A DNA stretch of 63,984 bases, filler included. It is 5 parts of 5 records of this genome, joined end to end, with 100 filler letters (N's around TTAATTAATTAA, not from the genome) between each part and the next. Parts side by side here need not be neighbours in the genome. Positions count along the whole stretch, not along the records: positions 57,033 to 63,984 come from DRR723986_5202; 4 more parts are not named here. One strand, 5' to 3'. This document shows, one piece after another, positions 58,427-63,984 of the stretch. Every line of letters begins with the position of its first letter. Position 1 is the first letter of the stretch. Both the position numbers and the translations under genes were made by a program. Below the pieces are notes generated by a model. That model saw only the letters and a program-made list of their open reading frames with translations, was not told the origin of the DNA and ran no database searches.

Positions 58427-59424
58427 GGATTGCGGGGGCGATACTGGCCGTCTGTCTGGGCCTTGCCCTGCCGGTTCTGGCCAATGCCCCCGCGCAATCC
58501 CTTCGGCCTTTGCCGCGCCCCGAAACAAGCCCCGCGCCGCAAGGGCCTGCTGACCGGGTGGTCGGGCCGTCCGATCCGCTTGTGGTGACGATCCGGGCCA
58601 CCGATCTGGCGCCCTCTGCTTCCTTGCGGCCGCTCTACCGGCCGGGCCGGGCCGAACAGGTGACGGAGCTGCGCCCCGGTGCGCAGATCCCGGTTGAACT
58701 GCCGCCCGCCGAAACCGAGGCAAGCGGCCCGCCGCGTGGCTTGCTGGCGCTGCTGTCCGGCCAGAACCAGCGCAATCCGCCGGGGGTGACGGCGGTGCGT
58801 ATATCCCTGCGCCCGGTGGAACGGCCTGCGGGGCTGGCCGCTGCCATTCGGGCAGCGGAAACGCGCGGGACGCCGGGGCGGGTGACGCAACCGGGCCAGC
58901 GCGGGGCGCTGTGTGGACAGCGAGGCATTATCGGCGACCGGCTGGAACGAATCCCGGGCCGGATCAACGGGTGCGGGATTTCCGAACCCGTCAGGGTGCG
59001 GGAAATCGACGGCATCACCCTGGCGCAGCCCGCCACGGTCAATTGCGACACGGCACTTGCGCTTCAGGAATGGCTGAATGACGCGGTTATTCCCACAGTG
59101 GGGCGGCGCGGGGGCGGGGTGGCCTCGCTGCGCGTCGTCGCGTCATATTCCTGCCGCACGCGGAACAACCAGCCCGGCGCGCGGCTGTCGGAACATGCGA
59201 CCGGCAACGCTGTTGATATCGCCGGGATCGGGCTGGTGGATGGATCCGAGATTTCGGTGCTGGACGATTGGGGAAGCGGCCAGGAGGGGCGTATCCTGCG
59301 ACAGCTTCACGAGGCTGCCTGCGGCACATTCGGCACGGTTCTGGGCCCGGACTCAGACCGGTATCACCGGGACCATTTCCATTTCGACGTCGCCTCTTAC
59401 CGCAGCGGGGCCTATTGCCGCTAA
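58423..59424 (+). CDS. Extensin-like family exported protein
   Basis: Signal peptide, Pro-rich SLRP repeats, C-terminal SYSCR..SEHATGNAVD..HRDHFHFD. Confidence 0.85.
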   Translation: MRIAGAILAVCLGLALPVLANAPAQSLRPLPRPETSPAPQGPADRVVGPSDPLVVTIRATDLAPSASLRPLYRPGRAEQVTELRPGAQIPVELPPAETEASGPPRGLLALLSGQNQRNPPGVTAVRISLRPVERPAGLAAAIRAAETRGTPGRVTQPGQRGALCGQRGIIGDRLERIPGRINGCGISEPVRVREIDGITLAQPATVNCDTALALQEWLNDAVIPTVGRRGGGVASLRVVASYSCRTRNNQPGARLSEHATGNAVDIAGIGLVDGSEISVLDDWGSGQEGRILRQLHEAACGTFGTVLGPDSDRYHRDHFHFDVASYRSGAYCR

Positions 59425-60422
59425 CGCAGGATCAGCCGTGGCGCGGGACCAAGCGGGATCGGCCCGAAATAGACCTGCCCCTGAGAAAAGCTGAGCGTTG
59501 CGTCAAGATCTTCGGGCCTGCCCGACAGCCCCGCCAACAGGCCGAGGCCGGTTTCCAGCGTGCCGCGAAAACCCACTGGGATGGCCCCGGCATTCACGCC
59601 GATCTCGATCATCTCGCGCCAGTTCTGGGCACGGACTGACAGATCGCCCGTGGGGATTCCGCTGTCATCCACGTCCAGATTGCCAGACAGGCGCAACGCC
59701 AGATCGCCCCATTCGGCCCGCAGCTCGGCCAGTTCGACGCGGGTCAGGGTGGGGCGGCTGCTTTCCAGAGCTGTTAGATCCCATGCGCGGGCAAAGCCCA
59801 TGACAGCGTCCAGATGAACGCGCTCGATCGCCTGCGGCAAGACAGCGGCGGGGTCCAACAGGGCAAGCACTTCACCGGCGGGCACGACATCGGTTGCATC
59901 GACACGGATGTCATACCGGTGCCCCGCCTCTTCGCGGTCCGACACAACGGCCACGGCCTGACCCACCCGGCTGGACCAGCCGAGGTCACTGGTCATCTCC
60001 AACGATGTGATCCGGGTTTCGGAATGGACCAGCGCCAGATAATCCAGCGGTCGCACATGCAGCATCGCCTCCAACTGCCCGGCGCGCATGGTGATGCGTT
60101 CGAACGGGGTCGCGAGGATGTGTTCGGCAGGCCAGATCGCACGGATCGCCTGCGGCTGGTAGCTGTCCTGTTCCAGCCGAAAGCCATCGGCCTCGACCGC
60201 CCATCCGGTGAACGGATCGGCCAGCGTCAGGCCGGGCAGCGTGGTGACAAAACGGAACGGATAGCCAGAAGTCTGAACCGCATCGCGGGTCACGACCCAT
60301 CCGGCTGTTTCCCGGTCATTCAGCCAGTAGGTGACCAGCCGTTCTGTCGCAATCGACCCGGCCAGCCAGATGACTGACCAGATCGCAACCAGCGCCCCGA
60401 TCACCCAGGCCCAGACCTTCAT
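59421..60422 (-). CDS. DUF2125-domain protein
   Basis: N-terminal TM, SGYPFRF and C-terminal FGPIPLGPAP; AGGAG RBS 9 nt before ATG 60422. Confidence 0.78.
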   Translation of the reverse strand: MKVWAWVIGALVAIWSVIWLAGSIATERLVTYWLNDRETAGWVVTRDAVQTSGYPFRFVTTLPGLTLADPFTGWAVEADGFRLEQDSYQPQAIRAIWPAEHILATPFERITMRAGQLEAMLHVRPLDYLALVHSETRITSLEMTSDLGWSSRVGQAVAVVSDREEAGHRYDIRVDATDVVPAGEVLALLDPAAVLPQAIERVHLDAVMGFARAWDLTALESSRPTLTRVELAELRAEWGDLALRLSGNLDVDDSGIPTGDLSVRAQNWREMIEIGVNAGAIPVGFRGTLETGLGLLAGLSGRPEDLDATLSFSQGQVYFGPIPLGPAPRLILR

Positions 60423-60506
60423 CGCGCTCATCTCCTGTTTCATCCTGCCCGTGCTCTGAATATACGGGGGCGGGCACAGGTGACCATAGGACAAGGTGGA
60501 AAAGAC

Positions 60507-61049
60507 ATGAGCGCAGCGGATCTTTGGGTGTTCGGCTATGGATCGCTGATCTGGAACCCCGGTTTCGACGTGGTCGAGACGCGCATTGCGCGGCTGCCCG
60601 GCTGGCACCGGTCCTTCTGCATGAGCTCGATTCACCACCGTGGCACCGTGGACAGCCCGGGTCTGGTGCTGGCGCTGGATCTGGCAGACGCTGCCCATTG
60701 CGACGGCGTGGCCTTCCGGGTCGAGGCTGCAAAGGCCGCAGCCACCATCGACTATCTGCGCGAACGAGAGCTGATTTCCTCGGCCTATCTGGAACGCGAA
60801 TTGCCGATCACCTTTCATGGCGGGGGAGAGGCAATCGCCGTCACCTATGTGATCGACCGGGATCATGAACAATACGTGGCGGGGATGAGCCTGGAGAAAC
60901 AGGCGCAGATCATCGCCCACGCGGTCGGCGGACGGGGGCCGAATGACGAATACCTCTACAACACCGCCGCCCATCTGGCCGAACTGGACCTTGCCGATGA
61001 GGATCTGGATTGGCTGGTCCATCGGGTTCAAACGCTGAAACAGGGGTGA
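60507..61049 (+). CDS. chaC: Gamma-glutamylcyclotransferase (ChaC family)
   Basis: LWVFGYGSLIW, HRGT..PGLVLAL, YLRERE and GPNDEYL. Confidence 0.9.
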   Translation: MSAADLWVFGYGSLIWNPGFDVVETRIARLPGWHRSFCMSSIHHRGTVDSPGLVLALDLADAAHCDGVAFRVEAAKAAATIDYLRERELISSAYLERELPITFHGGGEAIAVTYVIDRDHEQYVAGMSLEKQAQIIAHAVGGRGPNDEYLYNTAAHLAELDLADEDLDWLVHRVQTLKQG

Positions 61050-61146
61050 CCTTGCGCCGGAATGCGCGCGCAGGCCCCGCAACGCTTGGCAGAAGAGTGC
61101 AGGCACGGTAGGGTGAGCGCGTGAAAAACGGGATGGCAAGAACACC

Positions 61147-62361
61147 GTGACGAGCAGACCAGACGCGCCACGCTTTACGCAACCGATCCGACAGATCGCG
61201 ATCATGCTGATGATCTGCGGGCTGGTCGGGTTTGGCACGTTCCTTGTCTGGGCCAGTATCGAGCCGGTCGTCACCGCCAATACCTATCTCAACGGCACCA
61301 TCGCCCTGGTCTTTCTGGCCGGTGTTCTGGCCTGTTTCTGGCAGGTGGTGCAGCTGTTTTCGTCGATTTCCTGGATCGAAGGCATCGCCAATGGCGCCGG
61401 TGAGGAACAGGGAAAACCGCCGCTGTTGCTGGCGGCGCTGACGGGGATTTTTCAGGCACGGGGATCGCGGCTGCAACTGACCTCCAGTTCGTCCCGCTCG
61501 GTGCTGGATTCGGTCGGCGCCCGGATGGAAGAGGCGCGCGACATCACGCGCTATATTACCAACCTGCTGATTTTCCTTGGCCTTCTGGGCACGTTCTACG
61601 GGCTGGCTGTGACCATTCCGGCGGTCGTGGAAACCATCCGCTCGCTGCAACCTTCGGCCGACGAATCCGGTATCGAGGTGTTTTCGCGCCTGATGGGCGG
61701 GCTGGAAGAACAACTGGGCGGCATGGGCACGGCCTTTGCCTCATCGCTGCTTGGCCTTGCGGGATCGCTGGTTGTGGGCTTGCTGGAACTGTTCGCGGGC
61801 CACGGCCAGAACCGGTTCTACCGCGAAATGGAAGAGTGGTTGTCGACGATCACCCGCGTCAGTTTCTCGTCCGGCGAGGGCGAAGGCGGCGGGCTGGACC
61901 GCGCTGCGATTGCCACGGTTCTGGATCACATGGTCGACCAGATCGACACGTTGCAGGGGCTGTTCACCCAATCCGAGGCGCGTCATCAGGAAACCGAGAC
62001 ACGGCTAGGCGAGATGACCGGCGTGCTGGCGGATCTTGCCGAACGGCTTGGCCCCGGACAAGTGGCGGCGACGGAACGTCTGTCGGCGGCGCAGGAACGG
62101 CTGGCGGAAGTGCTGTCGGCCACATCGGGCGAGGGCGGAATTGATGCGGAAAGCAGGATGCGCCTGCGGTCCATCGACGTGCAGTTGCTGAAGATTTTCG
62201 AGGAAATGGGCAGTTCCCGCCAAGAGGAAATCGGCGCGCTGCGTGCGGATCTTGGTGAATTGACCGTGGCAATCCGCGAATTGACCCGCTCGGCCTCTCA
62301 GCCGCGGCAACGCCCGGCCCCGCAGCGTCGAAATCCCGAAGATTCGGCCCCGGAGGGCTGA
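61147..62361 (+). CDS. MotA/TolQ/ExbB-family membrane protein with C-terminal coiled-coil tail
   Basis: About 4 TM segments including LIFLGLLGTFYGL and GMGTAFASSLLGL, then a helical tail of about 170 aa. Confidence 0.8.
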   Translation: MTSRPDAPRFTQPIRQIAIMLMICGLVGFGTFLVWASIEPVVTANTYLNGTIALVFLAGVLACFWQVVQLFSSISWIEGIANGAGEEQGKPPLLLAALTGIFQARGSRLQLTSSSSRSVLDSVGARMEEARDITRYITNLLIFLGLLGTFYGLAVTIPAVVETIRSLQPSADESGIEVFSRLMGGLEEQLGGMGTAFASSLLGLAGSLVVGLLELFAGHGQNRFYREMEEWLSTITRVSFSSGEGEGGGLDRAAIATVLDHMVDQIDTLQGLFTQSEARHQETETRLGEMTGVLADLAERLGPGQVAATERLSAAQERLAEVLSATSGEGGIDAESRMRLRSIDVQLLKIFEEMGSSRQEEIGALRADLGELTVAIRELTRSASQPRQRPAPQRRNPEDSAPEG

Positions 62362-62364
62362 TCC

Positions 62365-63984
62365 ATGGCCTTTCACCGGCGTTCCGGCAATCGCTTTACC
62401 GCCTCGATCTGGCCAGGATTCGTGGATGCCATCACCGCGCTGTTGATGGTCATGATCTTCGTTCTGACAATCTTCATGATCGTTCAGTTCGTGCTGTCGG
62501 AAACCATTAACAATCAAGATGACGAGTTGAACGTTCTGAACGCGCAGCTCAATGAACTGGCCGATGCGCTCGGGTTGGCGCAAAGCCGGTCGGCGCAGTT
62601 GGAGCAGCGGGTCGCGACCCTTGGCGCCAGCCTGTCCGAGGCCGAGGGCGAGTTGCAATTGCAGGCCGCGTTGATAGCCTCGCTGACCGCAGAAACCGAA
62701 ACGCAATCTGCCCGGATTGCGGATTTCGAGGCACAGGTCGCGTCGCTGATCGCGGCCAACACGGATCTGACCCAGGAACGTGATGCGGTTCAGGCGGATC
62801 TGGAGGCGCGCCTGTCCGAGGTGGATGCCCTGTCGCTGGCTCTGGCAACCGCGCGGGACGAGATTGATGTTGCCGCAGAACAGGCCCGGCTGGCCGCCGC
62901 CGAACGCGAGGCACTGGAGGCGCTGATCGCCGACCTGGAAACCGAGGCCGCCGCGCAGGAGGCGACGCTGGCCGATACGCTCGCCGCCTTGCAGGCGCAG
63001 GAAGATACCTCTGCCGGGTTGCAGACCGACCTGACGATGGCGCTGGCCGCCTTGGCGGGTGAAGAGGCGCTGACCGCCTCGCTGGAAGCGCAGATCGCAG
63101 AGTTGGAACAGGAACTGACCGCCGAAGAGGCCGCTTTGTTGGCCGAGCAGGCAGCGGCGGCTGCCCTGCGCGAACGGCTGTCGTTGCTGGAAACCGATCT
63201 GGACAGCGAAGAAACCGCGCGCTTGGCGGAAGCTGCCGCCGCTGCTGCCCTGCGTGACCGTTTGGCCGACACGGAAGCGCAGCTTTCCGGCGAAGAGGCT
63301 GCGCGCCTTGCCGAAGCCGCCGCCGCCGAAGCCCTGCGCGCCCGATTGCAAGAGGCCGACGCGGAACTGACCGCCATGGCACTGGCGCTGGAACAGCGTC
63401 GGCAAGAGGCCGAGGACACGCTGACCCTGCTGGCCGCCGCCGATCAGGCTCGTGAAAACTTCGCCGCCCGTCTGGCGACAGCACTGGCAGAAAACACCGC
63501 GCAGGGTGACAGGATCGCGGAACTGGAAACGAATCTCGCAGCTGCCAGCGAAGAAGCGGGCCGATTGTCTGATCTGGAAGGGCAACTGGCGCTGGCTCTG
63601 GCCGCTCGCGCGCAGGACAGCGCCGCTTTGGCGGAAACTCAAGCCGCACTGGACGCCGCGCAATCGGTGGCCGAGGCCCGCGCAACCGAAATGTCTTCGT
63701 TGGAAGAGGAACTGGCCCGCGCCCTTGCCCGCCTGACCGCCGAGGCTACCGAAAGCCGCGCACGTGTTGCCGCGTTGGAAGAAGACATCGCCGCCGCCAA
63801 TGCAAATGCCGCAACCAATGCGGCCGCGGCCGAAGCAAATGCCGTGGCGCTGACCGCGCTGGAGGCGGAACTGGCCCGCGCCTTGCAGGAGGCCAGCACG
63901 CGCGAAGATGCAGACGCCGCGCGAATTGCGGGTTTGCAGGCCGACCTGACCGCTTTGCGCGCCAGTGCCGCTGAAGGGCAAGGG
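62365..63984 (+). CDS. MotB-like single-TM protein with very long coiled coil, 3'-truncated (not in ORF track)
   Basis: ATG 62365 gives MAFHRRSGNRFTASIWPGFVDAITALLMVMIFVLTIFMIVQF, then Ala/Glu/Leu-rich heptads; the frame stays open for 540 codons to the window end. Confidence 0.8.
   Translation, partial: MAFHRRSGNRFTASIWPGFVDAITALLMVMIFVLTIFMIVQFVLSETINNQDDELNVLNAQLNELADALGLAQSRSAQLEQRVATLGASLSEAEGELQLQAALIASLTAETETQSARIADFEAQVASLIAANTDLTQERDAVQADLEARLSEVDALSLALATARDEIDVAAEQARLAAAEREALEALIADLETEAAAQEATLADTLAALQAQEDTSAGLQTDLTMALAALAGEEALTASLEAQIAELEQELTAEEAALLAEQAAAAALRERLSLLETDLDSEETARLAEAAAAAALRDRLADTEAQLSGEEAARLAEAAAAEALRARLQEADAELTAMALALEQRRQEAEDTLTLLAAADQARENFAARLATALAENTAQGDRIAELETNLAAASEEAGRLSDLEGQLALALAARAQDSAALAETQAALDAAQSVAEARATEMSSLEEELARALARLTAEATESRARVAALEEDIAAANANAATNAAAAEANAVALTALEAELARALQEASTREDADAARIAGLQADLTALRASAAEGQG
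63115..63366 (+). repeat. Three in-frame 84-nt (28-aa) tandem repeats
   Basis: LTAEEAALLAEQAAAAALRERLSLLETD / LDSEETARLAEAAAAAALRDRLADTEAQ / LSGEEAARLAEAAAAEALRARLQEADAE, starting at 63115, 63199 and 63283. Confidence 0.8.

Noticed and set aside
59421..61280. 619-aa ORF suggesting a DUF2125 fusion protein
   Set aside because: The upstream part overlaps chaC on the other strand; the real start is ATG 60422 with an AGGAG RBS.
61147..63984. Calling the MotA/MotB-like pair a Zorya anti-phage system
   Set aside because: No ZorC/D/E or other defence genes are visible and the context is housekeeping; only the architecture is analogous.
1..63984. CRISPR arrays, tRNA/rRNA genes, transposases, integrases, prophage genes
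   Set aside because: None recognised by eye: no regularly spaced repeat-spacer pattern and no DDE or recombinase motifs in the ORFs. A tool-based scan was not possible.

Overview
This is not one locus. It is five unrelated Alphaproteobacterial contigs joined by artificial 100-bp spacers (N44-TTAATTAATTAA-N44) at 14485, 22622, 45795 and 56933. Contig 1 (1-14484, Rhodobacteraceae-like) carries Fe(III) ABC genes, a TetR divergent from a StcD-like N-methylproline demethylase plus ProC-like gene, a MarR-MFP-RND efflux operon, a thioredoxin/DsbA-NhaA fusion and betA. Contig 2 (14585-22621) carries a Suv3-like helicase, TPR, SCP2 and lysophospholipase genes, a ligase-associated exonuclease with ATP-dependent DNA ligase, pepF and the start of a cold-shock gene. 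Contig 3 (22722-45794) is a repABC plasmid or chromid with a predicted antisense ctRNA and a parS-like palindrome; its cargo is sugar-acid and organic-acid catabolism (kdgF, kdgD, two TTT transporters, CoA-transferase plus HMG-CoA-lyase-like) and a FepA-like receptor with an IroE-like esterase. Contig 4 (45895-56932, Hyphomonas/Caulobacterales-like) carries sucAB, yghU, an uncharacterised protein, chorismate mutase, a ShpA-like Hpt, an unannotated 51-aa membrane ORF, a TipN-like gene and a LysR divergent from cysG-DUF2849-GST-sulfite reductase. Contig 5 (57033-63984) carries hisC, tyrC, extensin, DUF2125, chaC and a MotA/ExbB-like plus MotB-like pair. The best leads are the non-flagellar stator-like pair with a very long repeat-expanded coiled coil, the CxxT thioredoxin-NhaA fusion sharing an operator region with MarR/RND, the missed small membrane ORF before tipN, and several readable operators. 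All family assignments come from motif recognition by eye, not database searches.
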